Of a stretch of 64,000 bases of DNA, positions 1 to 9,919 are shown in pieces; the first letter of the stretch is position 1, and each line of letters starts with the position of its first letter. Source of the stretch: Candidatus Sumerlaeaceae bacterium (lineage in GTDB: Bacteria; Sumerlaeota; Sumerlaeia; Sumerlaeales; Sumerlaeaceae). The DNA lies in the NCBI GenBank assembly GCA_051003195.1, contig JBPCLP010000041.1, positions 1,997 through 65,996 on the forward strand, written 5' to 3'. The notes under the pieces are model-generated. The model was not told the DNA's origin, searched no databases, and was given only the letters and a program-made list of their open reading frames with translations. Made by a program: the position numbers and the translations under genes.

Positions 1-2335
1 CGCTGGCGACCGCGCTCTCCGAGGTAATGAGGAAGGGTCCGATGGAACCGGTTGCCAGGAGATGGGTACCGCCACAAAATTCGATGTCCCATTCGGGAAC
101 CTCAACGACTCGAACGGTCCCGCCATATTTCTCGCCGAAGGGTGCGATGATCCCGGGTAATTTGCGGGCTTCTTCCAATGGCAAAACGCTTGTTATCACG
201 GCTGCATCGCGCATGGCCTGGTGATTAACCAGCCGTTCAATTTCGGACACCTGTTCGGAGGTTACCGCTTCCGGGTTGCTGAAATCGAAACGCAGATAAT
301 CCGGTCCGACGTAACTGCCCTGCTGTGTTACGTGCTTACCGACGACGCGCTTCAGCGCGCCTTGAAGTAAATGCGTGGCGGTATGGTTGCGCATAATACT
401 CAGTCGGCGTTCGACGTCGATCTCGGCGATAATCGAATCACCAACGTGCAGCTCGCCGAGTTCGACAACGCCATAGTGGACGAAAACGTCTTCGGCAGTC
501 TTTTGCGTATCATTTACGCGGACAACGGCTTCGTCCGTGCGAATGGTACCGGTGTCGCCAACTTGCCCTCCGCTTTCGGCGTAGAAGGGGGAGGCTTCCA
601 GCACGACGGCCACCTGGTCACCCACGCGCGCGCGTGCAACCGATTCGTCGCCTCGGAAAAGTGCCAGCACCTCCAGTTCCTCGGCGTAAGCAACAGGGTA
701 GCCATCGGTCAGCTCATCATCGTCATAAGCTTCTTCGTGCTCTGCGAGAAATGCGTCGCGGTAGTTTCTTCCCTTCGCGTCTGTTTTATCCAGGCCCAGA
801 TCGCTGACCCGTGCTTCAGCCGACCCCAGCAGGTTTTCCTCATCTTCTTCGTCTGCTATCCAGTTTTCAAGCTCGGCTTCCATCTCATCCTCGTCCATTG
901 GATAACCGAGAAAGATGGTTTTCCCGTGCTCGGCGGCAATTTCCTTCAATCGCTCGTAGATGCCCTCGAACTTCGCGCCCTTAGCCCCCTTGCGGCTTTC
1001 GACTTTGTGAGCTTCGACGTGCTGATGATAGCTTTCCAGTTCCGCGTCGACACCCCGATCCCTGGCAATCTCGAGAATATCGTCCAGGGGAAGCCCAAAC
1101 GTCGCGGTGAGCTGAAAGATATCCGAGCCGCTGAGCGCAGCCAGTACTTTTTTGTCGTCCGGAATCGCGACCAGTGTGCTTGTTGGAAGTAGTGCGTCCA
1201 GGCGCTTTAGTGCGTCCCCGAGCGTATTACCGAAAGATTCTTCTTCCACGCGGATTACCCGCTTAACAATGCTTGCGCCTTCGCGGATTTCCGGGTATGC
1301 CGGGGCCATGGTGTCGATGACGGTGTCCACAATTTCGTACAGGAACGGTTGTTCCATTCCGGCTTTACGCGCATAGCGCGAGGCGCGGCGCAACAGCCTC
1401 CGCATTACATACCCGCGGCCTTCGTTGCTAGGAAGAATGCCTTCGCTTAGCACAAATGTCAAAGCGCGTACGTGGTCTGCGACCACATTGACTGCCTGCC
1501 GCAGCTCCTGGGGTGCAGCCTCGTAACTCTGGATGTGCATGAGTTGGCAGGCGCGCTCGACGATGGGGTACATCAGGTCCGTCTGGTAAAGAGTCTCTTT
1601 GTCCTGCTTCAGGCAGCACAGTCGCTCCAACCCCATCCCGGTATCAACGCCTCGATTTTTCAGCAGCGGCCGGCTGCCGTCTTTCTGCTGGTCGAACTGC
1701 GGAAATACACAGTTCCAGAATTCCAGGTATCGGCTGCCCGGGTCGTCATCATTCGTGGTGGCGTGCTGGAACGTCAGACCTTCGCCGTACTTTTCCCCAC
1801 GATCGTAGTATAGCTCGCTGCAAGGCCCACATGCTCCGGTTTCTCCGGCAGGTCCCCAGAAGTTATCCTTCACTCCCAGGCGAACCATGCGTGAAGCAGG
1901 TAATCCGATTTCTTTCGTCCAGATGTCCCATGCTTCGTCGTCATCTTCGTAGACACTTGCGTAAATTCGATCCGCATTCAGTTGCACTGCTTTCGTGCTG
2001 AACTCCCAGGCCCAGAGCAATGCGTCACGCTTGAAGTAATCACCGAACGAGAAGTTGCCAAGCATTTCAAAGAAAGTATGGTGACGCAGGGTACGACCGA
2101 CGTTTTCAAGATCGCTGCCTTTGCCGCCCGCGCGCATGCATTTCTGGACCGTACATGCACGCCGGTAGGGGAGCTCGCCGTAACCAGCATAAAGCGATTT
2201 AAACTGAACCATACCAGCGGTTGTAAATAACAGGCTTGGGTCGTCCGGTGGAACGAGGGGCGATGAAGCGACAGCCTTATGTTCTCGCTCGACAAAAAAA
2301 TCGATGAATGCTTTGCGTATCTGATCTGATTTCAT
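1..2335 (-). CDS. alaS: Alanine--tRNA ligase (3' end runs off the left edge)
   Basis: Manual translation from ATG at 2335: MKSDQIRKAFIDFFVEREHKAVASSPLVPPDDPSLLFTTAGMVQFK. Motifs RHHTFFEMLGNFSFGDYFK and PFYAESGGQVGDTG, editing-domain RNHTATHLL and EFCGGTH. Absent from the ORF track because its stop lies outside the window. Confidence 0.97.
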   Translation of the reverse strand, partial: MKSDQIRKAFIDFFVEREHKAVASSPLVPPDDPSLLFTTAGMVQFKSLYAGYGELPYRRACTVQKCMRAGGKGSDLENVGRTLRHHTFFEMLGNFSFGDYFKRDALLWAWEFSTKAVQLNADRIYASVYEDDDEAWDIWTKEIGLPASRMVRLGVKDNFWGPAGETGACGPCSELYYDRGEKYGEGLTFQHATTNDDDPGSRYLEFWNCVFPQFDQQKDGSRPLLKNRGVDTGMGLERLCCLKQDKETLYQTDLMYPIVERACQLMHIQSYEAAPQELRQAVNVVADHVRALTFVLSEGILPSNEGRGYVMRRLLRRASRYARKAGMEQPFLYEIVDTVIDTMAPAYPEIREGASIVKRVIRVEEESFGNTLGDALKRLDALLPTSTLVAIPDDKKVLAALSGSDIFQLTATFGLPLDDILEIARDRGVDAELESYHQHVEAHKVESRKGAKGAKFEGIYERLKEIAAEHGKTIFLGYPMDEDEMEAELENWIADEEDEENLLGSAEARVSDLGLDKTDAKGRNYRDAFLAEHEEAYDDDELTDGYPVAYAEELEVLALFRGDESVARARVGDQVAVVLEASPFYAESGGQVGDTGTIRTDEAVVRVNDTQKTAEDVFVHYGVVELGELHVGDSIIAEIDVERRLSIMRNHTATHLLQGALKRVVGKHVTQQGSYVGPDYLRFDFSNPEAVTSEQVSEIERLVNHQAMRDAAVITSVLPLEEARKLPGIIAPFGEKYGGTVRVVEVPEWDIEFCGGTHLLATGSIGPFLITSESAVAS

Positions 2336-2503
2336 TTCAGCGTTTCACACACAAATGGACCGTGGTTTGTTCAAGCAGGATGTGTTACATCGTTTTACAT
2401 GACGCTTTATCGACAAGTAGCCGTCTTCGCCGGCCTGATGGTTACGACTGTAACAATCGCCGTGCAATATTGAACGTGAACAACATAGCTGGTTCATGAC
2501 TCG

Positions 2504-3493
2504 ATGGATACCCCTGTAACGGAGCATATCCTGGAACCGCAGCAGCACGAGGTCAGTACTAGGCTCGACGTCTTCGTATCTGCCCGATTGCCACAGCTAT
2601 CGCGCACACGAGTACAGAAGCTCATCGAGGCAGGTTACATTCGCGTGGGCGGCACGCTGCAGTCTTCCAGGTTCCAGATAAAGCCTGGTGATCAAGTCTC
2701 AGTGCACATCCCGGCTGCGACACCAGCAGTGCCGCAAGGGGAGACGATACCGCTCGATGTCATCTTCGAGGATGAGCATCTGCTGGTGGTCAACAAACCT
2801 GCCGGCCTGGTCGTGCATCCGGGTGCAGGCGCACGTGAAGGGACTTTGGTCAACGCGCTGCTGGGCCGCCCTGGAGCCGTTTCTTCGATCGGGGGTGTGG
2901 AACGCCCGGGAATTGTCCATCGCCTGGATAAGGATACCAGCGGACTCATGGTCATTGCGAAAACGGATGCGTGTCATCTGGCGCTCTCACGCGCGATTGC
3001 CGCACGAGAAGTGAAACGCATTTACCTGACCATTGCACTGAGAAGCTTTAAGACAAAAAGCGGTAGAATTGACGCACCGGTTGGACGTCATCCGACTCAG
3101 CGAACCCGAATGGCCGTTCATTCACATAAGGGAAGCAGACCGGCGGTAACACATTGGCGTGTGGTGGAGCCTTTCCACGGTATGGCCCTGGTCGAGTGCA
3201 GGCTGGAAACGGGGCGAACGCACCAGATACGGGTCCATCTAGCACATGAAAGCCATCCAGTACTGGGCGACGATACTTATGGCGGTACGGTTGGGCTTGC
3301 GCTGCAGCTTGCAAACCCCAGATCTGCTGCCTTACGTACAGAGCTGAAGTCGGTTGCCCGGCAAATGCTTCATGCTCGCCAACTTCAGTTTCAGCATCCA
3401 ATTACGTCGAAAGTATTAGCCTTTGAAGCCGAACTTCCCCCGGATTTTGCCAGAATTCTTGAGGCACTACGACACGATGCGTCTGGTGCATAG
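2504..3493 (+). CDS. rluD: RluA/RluD-family 23S rRNA pseudouridine synthase
   Basis: S4-like N-terminus (RLDVFV..LSRTRVQKLI), NKPAGLVVHP, catalytic GIVHRLDKDTSG, LETGRTHQIRVH, QMLHA. Confidence 0.92.
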   Translation: MDTPVTEHILEPQQHEVSTRLDVFVSARLPQLSRTRVQKLIEAGYIRVGGTLQSSRFQIKPGDQVSVHIPAATPAVPQGETIPLDVIFEDEHLLVVNKPAGLVVHPGAGAREGTLVNALLGRPGAVSSIGGVERPGIVHRLDKDTSGLMVIAKTDACHLALSRAIAAREVKRIYLTIALRSFKTKSGRIDAPVGRHPTQRTRMAVHSHKGSRPAVTHWRVVEPFHGMALVECRLETGRTHQIRVHLAHESHPVLGDDTYGGTVGLALQLANPRSAALRTELKSVARQMLHARQLQFQHPITSKVLAFEAELPPDFARILEALRHDASGA

Positions 3494-4556
3494 GTTCGAC
3501 GTAATCGTGCGCGCGTGGTGGTTTTTAGCAGTTGTGCTTTGGATGTTTTCGGGTGGGGCAGTCGCGCAGTCGCAAGCAACGAGTATGCGTACCGCAGCCC
3601 CTGTGACCTTGAGCGAAAGTTCGATCACGGTACAGCAAATCGTGGCCAGGCAAGAGGCCCATTATCGGACAATCAAAACGGCGAAAGGGACAGTTGTATG
3701 GCAGGAGCGTCAGCTCTCATCAGGCGCGCAGACTGGCGGCATTGCGCCGACGCGCTATATTTACTTCGCCCTGGGACCAGATCGAAGTGTCACACTGGTC
3801 CTGCCGCAAGATGAGGCGCGTAGCTATGCAGCCAATGGCGGACATCCCAATTGGAAAAAGGTTCTATCCGCCGCGCTGGTTGCAGGTGATTCTGTCCAGG
3901 TGATCAGTCATCCAACTTCCGGAACGCAGCCGGAGGTGCATGCCGTTCCGTTTAATCCGGCGGTTCATGAGAACAATCCGCTGGTGGCTTTTCATCCGCG
4001 TCAGCTTGCCGATGAGCGGGTTGCGTTGCGCGAGCTAGTGGCACTAAGCTCGAACATGCCGACCAAACCGCGTGTGTCGGAGTTCAGGCAGGGCGGAGCG
4101 AACCGCCTGCGAATTGATTTCCTTAACGCGAACGCTCCCGGCGAGACCCTGTACTATGTTATTAATCCGGATCGTGGCTATCTGCCCATCGAAATCGGGC
4201 GGCTTAGCCAGGGCAGGCTGCTCTCGCGGTCGTTAATCACCATTGGCAACACACCCGACAAAACATGGATCCCTGCGAGAAGGGAAACTGCCAGATTTGA
4301 TACGGCGGGGCGGCAGGTTTCCACGGAATCCTGGTATTACGAGTATCTTTCTGTGAACGAAAAGCTGGAGCCGCAAACGCTGTCGTTGCTTTATTTCGGG
4401 CTTCCAAACGGCACTAAAGTTTTCGGATTGCCTGACCAATTACGAAAGAATGCAGCTGGTCCGACACCCGTTAGCCAAGCTGCGCAACGTTCGCCCGCTA
4501 CCGGTGTTCCAGTTAAGGCTGCCACTCCGACACCGGGCGCACGACGGTATTATTGA
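3477..4556 (+). CDS. Hypothetical exported protein
   Basis: Long ORF. Signal-peptide-like segment (RAWWFLAVVLWMFSGGAVA), beta-strand-rich body, Pro/Ala/Thr tail. ATG 3477 overlaps the rluD end. Confidence 0.7.
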   Translation: MRLVHRFDVIVRAWWFLAVVLWMFSGGAVAQSQATSMRTAAPVTLSESSITVQQIVARQEAHYRTIKTAKGTVVWQERQLSSGAQTGGIAPTRYIYFALGPDRSVTLVLPQDEARSYAANGGHPNWKKVLSAALVAGDSVQVISHPTSGTQPEVHAVPFNPAVHENNPLVAFHPRQLADERVALRELVALSSNMPTKPRVSEFRQGGANRLRIDFLNANAPGETLYYVINPDRGYLPIEIGRLSQGRLLSRSLITIGNTPDKTWIPARRETARFDTAGRQVSTESWYYEYLSVNEKLEPQTLSLLYFGLPNGTKVFGLPDQLRKNAAGPTPVSQAAQRSPATGVPVKAATPTPGARRYY

Positions 4557-4582
4557 TCTCAGGTTCACCATTTTAATTCAAC

Positions 4583-4816
4583 ATGAAAGGTCGAGATTTG
4601 GCAGATCGTACTATTCGCGCAATCCCTGACAAAACGACGAACCGCTTTGCGATTCATGACGTCGACAGCGGGGAACTGCTTCACCTTTTTCAAAGCAACA
4701 GGGAAATTTCGAAGCTCACTCCAGCTCAGATGACGGAACAGGAGAATGAGGCGATCCGCGATTTCCTGGTCAACGGGCGCCATGATGATGCAGGAGACGA
4801 CGAACCCGGCTGGTAG
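4583..4816 (+). CDS. Small hypothetical protein (77 aa)
   Basis: ATG-start ORF that fills the gap between two co-directional genes. Protein-like composition with an acidic C-terminus. Confidence 0.55.
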   Translation: MKGRDLADRTIRAIPDKTTNRFAIHDVDSGELLHLFQSNREISKLTPAQMTEQENEAIRDFLVNGRHDDAGDDEPGW

Positions 4817-4874
4817 GATTATTGTGCTACCCTAATTTTCGCTTTGCGCTAAGCGAATTCATCCGCATGCTGCG

Positions 4875-6245
4875 GTGCCAATGAACGTTGTCATCTTCGG
4901 GGCTGGCCCCATGCCTTCAGAACCGCATTTTGCAGTTACCGCTCCTGGTTCACGAACCTGGCAGATTGTGCGCACCGTCGCCCAGGGCATGCGCCTCGTC
5001 AATGACATGGGCACTCCGCCACACATTACAATTCTCGGGCTCGAAGGGCAACCACGCACCACGGGCGAAGTCACCGTATCGGTGGAAATCCCGGTCGGCA
5101 AAGGCCCGGGTCTGCTGGGTACCTATATTCCGCTGACGCTTGAGCAGTTCCGCGACGCAGGTGTATCGGGGAGGGCGGGCGCTGTTGCAATGCCAGAAGA
5201 AGTTCATGCCGTGGTGGGAACTGCGAGCGTACAGCCGTACTCCAGTGCTTCTTCATTTGCGAACTTACGCAATGCGCCGTTGTGGATTGATGTGTTCGGG
5301 GATCCGCTTACCGAGATGCAGACACAAGCGGACCTGCACCGGGACGAAGAGGAAGCGAATGGCCAGCGCTGCGTTCACAGTTGGAAGCTGCTCCTGGATT
5401 CGCTGCTGCGCGGCGATGTATTCTCGGCGCTTTCTGAACGACAGCGCTTCGCGTTGCTCGGTGAGCTCGGGGCAGCAGGGCGGCTAAACCAGTTCACGGC
5501 GCGCGACAACATGGTCCATGCGATACCATTTGGGCTCTTCCCGGACGAAGTGCCGCATTTGTCCTCGACGGGCCGTAAGGGCGCGGGCGCCACTTTCACG
5601 GTTATGTGGTGCGGCAGTTTTAATACCTGGATGGACGTAGATGTGCTGCTAAACGGGTTTCTTCAAGCCAGTCATGGCAATCCACGACTCAGGCTGATGG
5701 TAGTCGGCGGCCGGATATCCGGATATAATGACGCCAGCTACGATCGTTTTGTGGAGGGAGTTCGGAAAGCCAACGCAGAAAGCATTGTACAGCTCATGGA
5801 CTGGCAGCCGCTGGGAAGAATGCGAGAGCTATATGCCTCGTGCGACGTCGGTCTTTCCATCGACCGATTCAGCTATGAAGCCGTCCTGGGTAGTCGTACT
5901 CGTATTATCAATTTTCTCGCAGCGGGAAAACCCGTGATGAGCACGATTGTTACGGAGCTAACCGAAGACCTTGCAGACAAGGGATACGTGATGCCTCTAA
6001 CGCCTGGCAGCTCAGACGAATTTGCAAAATCCATCGAGAACGCGGCTCTGCGTGCGACAGAGCTGGCTGAGCTCGGACAGGAAGGCCAGGCCTACGTCCT
6101 GGCTCGCTACGACGCGCGGCTTTTGGGGCAGGTGCTCTCCGATTGGATTTCCCATCCAGTCCGATCACCGGATCATGACGTGGCAAACGCTCCTAATCCA
6201 TTGGTTCAGTATTGGGAGCGCGTACGCGCGCCGCTGGGAGATTGA
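4875..6245 (+). CDS. GT-B fold glycosyltransferase (GT4-like)
   Basis: C-terminal VMWCGSF..W.D, LYASCDVGL, SRTRIINFLAAGKPVMST, ELGQEGQAYVLARYD pattern. Confidence 0.8.
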   Translation: MPMNVVIFGAGPMPSEPHFAVTAPGSRTWQIVRTVAQGMRLVNDMGTPPHITILGLEGQPRTTGEVTVSVEIPVGKGPGLLGTYIPLTLEQFRDAGVSGRAGAVAMPEEVHAVVGTASVQPYSSASSFANLRNAPLWIDVFGDPLTEMQTQADLHRDEEEANGQRCVHSWKLLLDSLLRGDVFSALSERQRFALLGELGAAGRLNQFTARDNMVHAIPFGLFPDEVPHLSSTGRKGAGATFTVMWCGSFNTWMDVDVLLNGFLQASHGNPRLRLMVVGGRISGYNDASYDRFVEGVRKANAESIVQLMDWQPLGRMRELYASCDVGLSIDRFSYEAVLGSRTRIINFLAAGKPVMSTIVTELTEDLADKGYVMPLTPGSSDEFAKSIENAALRATELAELGQEGQAYVLARYDARLLGQVLSDWISHPVRSPDHDVANAPNPLVQYWERVRAPLGD

Positions 6246-6338
6246 GCGGTGTTCGGGAACAGCTTCTAAAAAAGTACTTCACATGCCCCATTCGGGTGAA
6301 AAGAAACACGGGCACTTACGCTCACAATTAGGATTTTT

Positions 6339-7811
6339 ATGCCCGATTCGGAATTAAAGCAACGTATTGAAGAACAGGTAAATGCTCGCCGCGACGAGAT
6401 AGTAGCTTCACTCGTAAGCCTTCTTAAGTTCAGGACGATCAGCGGTGCGCCGGATGAACCGGGACAGAAAACGTACAAGAATGAGATTGGCAAGTGCCTT
6501 AAGCACCTGGAGGCCGAAAGCCAGCGGCTGGGACTGGAGTGGCGCAACCATGATAACGTTGTGGCTTTGGCAGAGGTAAAGGCCGGCGAAAATTTTATAG
6601 GACTTCCGGTTCACATTGATGTGGTACCGCCCGGTGACGGATGGAGCCATGGCGCATTTGAGGGAGCCATCGTTGATGGTGTCATCTATGGCCGCGGTTG
6701 CCAGGATGACAAGGGTCCTGTCGTCCAGATGCTTTATGCCGCATCGCTGCTCAAGGAACTCGGGATCGATCTCAAACGTGGAGCGCGCGTGGTGATTGGC
6801 ACGACCGAGGAATTCGGCGAGTGGTATGACATTAAGAAGTACTTCGAGCTGGAGGCCGCTCCGGATCTCTCCATTGTGTCAGATGCCGGATTTCCGATCA
6901 TAAACGGCGAGAAAGGGATGATGAACCTGAAGATGTCCGCGAGCATTGCGCGCGACGAGGAGCCAAATGTCGGGGGTTTCCGGTTCTTGAGTGCAATGGG
7001 AGGGGAGCGGGCGAACATAGTGCCGCCCAAAGCGGAGCTCATCTTTGAAGGTGATCCCGATTCGGATGCCGCACAGTTACAGCGCGAGTTGGAGCGTTTC
7101 CTCGAAAAGCACCCCGAGGCAAAAGCGGAAATGTCGGCACGCGCCAGCAATCAAAGCATTTTATTCCATGGCAAAGGCGCGCACGGCAGCACTCCTCAGG
7201 AGGGACATAACGCAGCTCTCGATATGTTGCTGTTCATGACCCAGAGCGGCTTTGTTTCTGATGATGAGGCGGACATGGCTCAATTCCTTCTCGATTGCGG
7301 GGGCGACCTGGAAGGGGGGAAGTTGGACATTGCGCATAAACATGACTTCATTGGCCCGACTACCGTGAACCTGGGTATTTTGAACTGGAACGCAGGTGAG
7401 GTGCAGGCAACGTTTAACATTCGTAATTCGATGGGACTCTCAGTCGCAGATGCGATCAGCCGCGCCTCGAAGGTGTTTGAGGATTTTGGCGAAGAGACCG
7501 GGTTTGAAGTTTCAGCCGAGACCGTCAGTAAAACGATGGAGCCGATCTACGTCGATCCGAACGAGCATCCGGAGTTTATTGCCGTGTTGAAAGAGGCATA
7601 CACAACCTTCACGGGCAGAGAGGCAACTTTGCACGCGATCGGGGGAACTACATACGCGAAAGTGTTTCCGAATGCGGTGTGTTTCGGTCCGGTGGATCTG
7701 GCCGAAGAGAAAGAACTGGCGCACCAGGCTGACGAGCGCATCTCGATCGAGCACCTGTTGCGAAACGTGAAGATATATACGTACGCAATTGCCAGGCTCT
7801 GCGCTGCCTGA
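6339..7811 (+). CDS. M20 family dipeptidase (PepV/Sapep-like)
   Basis: [56 protein letters not shown]. Confidence 0.9.
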   Translation: MPDSELKQRIEEQVNARRDEIVASLVSLLKFRTISGAPDEPGQKTYKNEIGKCLKHLEAESQRLGLEWRNHDNVVALAEVKAGENFIGLPVHIDVVPPGDGWSHGAFEGAIVDGVIYGRGCQDDKGPVVQMLYAASLLKELGIDLKRGARVVIGTTEEFGEWYDIKKYFELEAAPDLSIVSDAGFPIINGEKGMMNLKMSASIARDEEPNVGGFRFLSAMGGERANIVPPKAELIFEGDPDSDAAQLQRELERFLEKHPEAKAEMSARASNQSILFHGKGAHGSTPQEGHNAALDMLLFMTQSGFVSDDEADMAQFLLDCGGDLEGGKLDIAHKHDFIGPTTVNLGILNWNAGEVQATFNIRNSMGLSVADAISRASKVFEDFGEETGFEVSAETVSKTMEPIYVDPNEHPEFIAVLKEAYTTFTGREATLHAIGGTTYAKVFPNAVCFGPVDLAEEKELAHQADERISIEHLLRNVKIYTYAIARLCAA

Positions 7812-7863
7812 CGTTCAAAGGCTGGCACTGAGAGAAACGTCTCGTGCCGCCTTGTGGAAGGCA

Positions 7864-8778
7864 ATGGCTCGGAACCGCAGTGCCTATCTTTTCATTTCTC
7901 CATTCTTTATTGTTTTTTCCGCGTTCATGCTCCTGCCGATTTGCTTCTCGTTCTATCTCAGCTTCCAGAGATGGAACGGTATCATGGCGCCAAGTTTTGT
8001 CGGGCCGAGGCATTATATCCAGGCGTTCACAGATCCGGGGCTGCTCAATGCACTGAAAAACACGACCATCTTCACGGTGCTCACCGTTTGCATTTCGACA
8101 GCCGCGGGCCTGGGGCTTGCGTTGTTTTTAAATTCCGTACGCGTGCTGAAGCGATTCTTTCGCGGCGTGTTCTTTGTTCCGGCCATTGTCTCGCTGGTCG
8201 TCGTTTCCCTGGTCTGGAAATTGATCCTGAACAGTGAACTCGGACTGCTGCACGAACTACTCGGCATGCTCGGACGTGGATTGCAGCCGTACCTGGGCTA
8301 TGTGCCGGCCTGGACGCTGCGCAAATACCAGTTTCTCGATCATCCGAATCCGGTCATTCCGTTACTTACAATGACGCTGGTGAACGTTTGGGCGGTTGTT
8401 GGATTCAATACCGTCATCTACCTGGCGGGACTGCAGGGAGTACCATCTCACCTTTATGAAGTGGCGCGGATCGATGGCGCTACAAAACTGCAGGGCTTCC
8501 GCTATATCACGCTCCCGCTGCTGCGACCGACTACGTTCTTCGTGGTTCTAATTTCGACAATTGATGCGCTTCAAGTTTTCGTGTTGCCTAATGTAATGAA
8601 GCGCGACTCGGAAGCGACTATGACCGTAGTGTATTATCTTTACCGCAATGCGTTTGAGTTCTACAAGATGGGCTACGCCTCGGCGATTGCCTATTTATTG
8701 TTCGGCATTACGGTTGTACTCGGTGCCATATTGCGCGCGACTTTGGGACGACATCATGAGTCGTCGGCGGTCGAGTAG
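7864..8778 (+). CDS. Carbohydrate ABC transporter permease (MalF/UgpA-like). Start could be as far upstream as 7789.
   Basis: AYLFISPFF, EAA-loop IYLAGLQGVPSHLYEVARIDGATKLQGFRYITLPLL, MGYASAIAY. Confidence 0.9.
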   Translation: MARNRSAYLFISPFFIVFSAFMLLPICFSFYLSFQRWNGIMAPSFVGPRHYIQAFTDPGLLNALKNTTIFTVLTVCISTAAGLGLALFLNSVRVLKRFFRGVFFVPAIVSLVVVSLVWKLILNSELGLLHELLGMLGRGLQPYLGYVPAWTLRKYQFLDHPNPVIPLLTMTLVNVWAVVGFNTVIYLAGLQGVPSHLYEVARIDGATKLQGFRYITLPLLRPTTFFVVLISTIDALQVFVLPNVMKRDSEATMTVVYYLYRNAFEFYKMGYASAIAYLLFGITVVLGAILRATLGRHHESSAVE

Positions 8779-8792
8779 CGGAACCACCTTCG

Positions 8793-9131
8793 CTAAGCAC
8801 TGTTTCCATTTCCGCCGGCCAGGTGAAAAACCAGGTTGTGGCAGCCATTGCCGTAGAAAATCGTAAGGTTTCCATAAACACCAGCAAAGTAAAACGGCAA
8901 ATCTGCGCTGCCGTGCTGGTCAAGCGAGGTACGATGTTCCGGCGCTAGAAACTGCTCCGCGAGTTTCTGCGTTACTGTCCAGTCGAGTGGCTCTGGCCGG
9001 AGGGGAGGGGCAAGCTTGCCGGCCACACGTACCACTGGCGGCTGTCCGGCCATCAGCAAAAGGGTCTGGGCACCGGCCCGGCTAGCCTGTCGCAGCGCGG
9101 TTTCTAAGTCAAACGTGGGATCCTGCGGCAG
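8793..9131 (-). CDS. Stand-alone PilT/PilU N-terminal domain-like protein (~112 aa), probable CTG start
   Basis: The frame of ORF 8793..9059 stays open upstream: PQDPTFDLETALRQASRAGAQTLLMAGQPPVVRVAGKLAPPLRPEPLDWTVTQKLAEQFLAPEHRTSLDQHGSADLPF. This follows the PilT N-domain pattern (G.PP..RV.G.L...PL.......L....L..E....L...G..D). GGAGGA lies 6 nt before CTG at 9131. Confidence 0.6.
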   Translation of the reverse strand: MPQDPTFDLETALRQASRAGAQTLLLMAGQPPVVRVAGKLAPPLRPEPLDWTVTQKLAEQFLAPEHRTSLDQHGSADLPFYFAGVYGNLTIFYGNGCHNLVFHLAGGNGNSA

Positions 9132-9358
9132 TCCGATTCCTCCACAAGCAATAAGGACACGGGAGTCGCGCTGGCATCGAGGCTAATCGAGTTTACGATC
9201 AGCCTGATGTTTACGCCTCACATTCCCGGTGGCGGTCGCCGATCCGGAAATGCAGTGGCGGAATGTGGCTTGTTTGAGCCCCGACCCAACCGCGCTCCCG
9301 CGCCAAACCATGTGCAACTTTTATCAATTAATAACACACTTGCAAACTAGGGAAATTC

Positions 9359-9784
9359 TTAACGTCGGCCTATGGCACGTGCAAGATAAAGAAATACGTA
9401 CACCAGCAGTGTGGCCCCCACCAACTGCAGAGCGCTGAAGGCATATTCATGCCGAAACAACCTGGTAGTAAAGTTGAGCGTGAGGAGGAAAAGTGGCACA
9501 AGAATGTATGCGTAGGCCGGGCTCCACCGCCGCACGCCGGCAATGCGCAATACTGAGGTGGCGAGCACCGTGGCAGACAGTAGAATCACAATGCCGGTTA
9601 AGAGCGATCCACTACTGGAAAACATGAGAACAAAAATGGTGAGTAGCAGGCATCCGCAGCCGGAACAGCATGGTAGTCCTTCACTCTGGTAAACGACTGG
9701 CTGATTGAAGGCCCGATGCTTAGCTGACACCGGCTCAGCTTCGACGTATTCCACATGTTCGACTTCGAAAGGTTCCTGGCTCAT
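9359..9784 (-). CDS. Hypothetical membrane protein with Cys cluster
   Basis: ATG 9784 (MSQEPFEVEHVEY), CCSGCGC motif, then about four hydrophobic segments. Confidence 0.65.
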   Translation of the reverse strand: MSQEPFEVEHVEYVEAEPVSAKHRAFNQPVVYQSEGLPCCSGCGCLLLTIFVLMFSSSGSLLTGIVILLSATVLATSVLRIAGVRRWSPAYAYILVPLFLLTLNFTTRLFRHEYAFSALQLVGATLLVYVFLYLARAIGRR

Positions 9785-9919
9785 TAATAGCGGTTTACGC
9801 CCCGATGAGGGCGGGTCAACCAAGCTTTGTGAACCTTCACGCAACACTTGCTTTCGCTGCTGGAAGCGTTTGAAATGTGGCTAATATTGGCCTGAATTGC
9901 AAGATGGCTGGGAAGTGGA

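Noticed and set aside
671-901. Intein within AlaS
   Set aside because: No Cys/Ser start or His-Asn end motifs, and too short.
371-1192. 273-aa plus-strand ORF
   Set aside because: Codon-aligned antisense shadow of alaS, with no motifs of its own.
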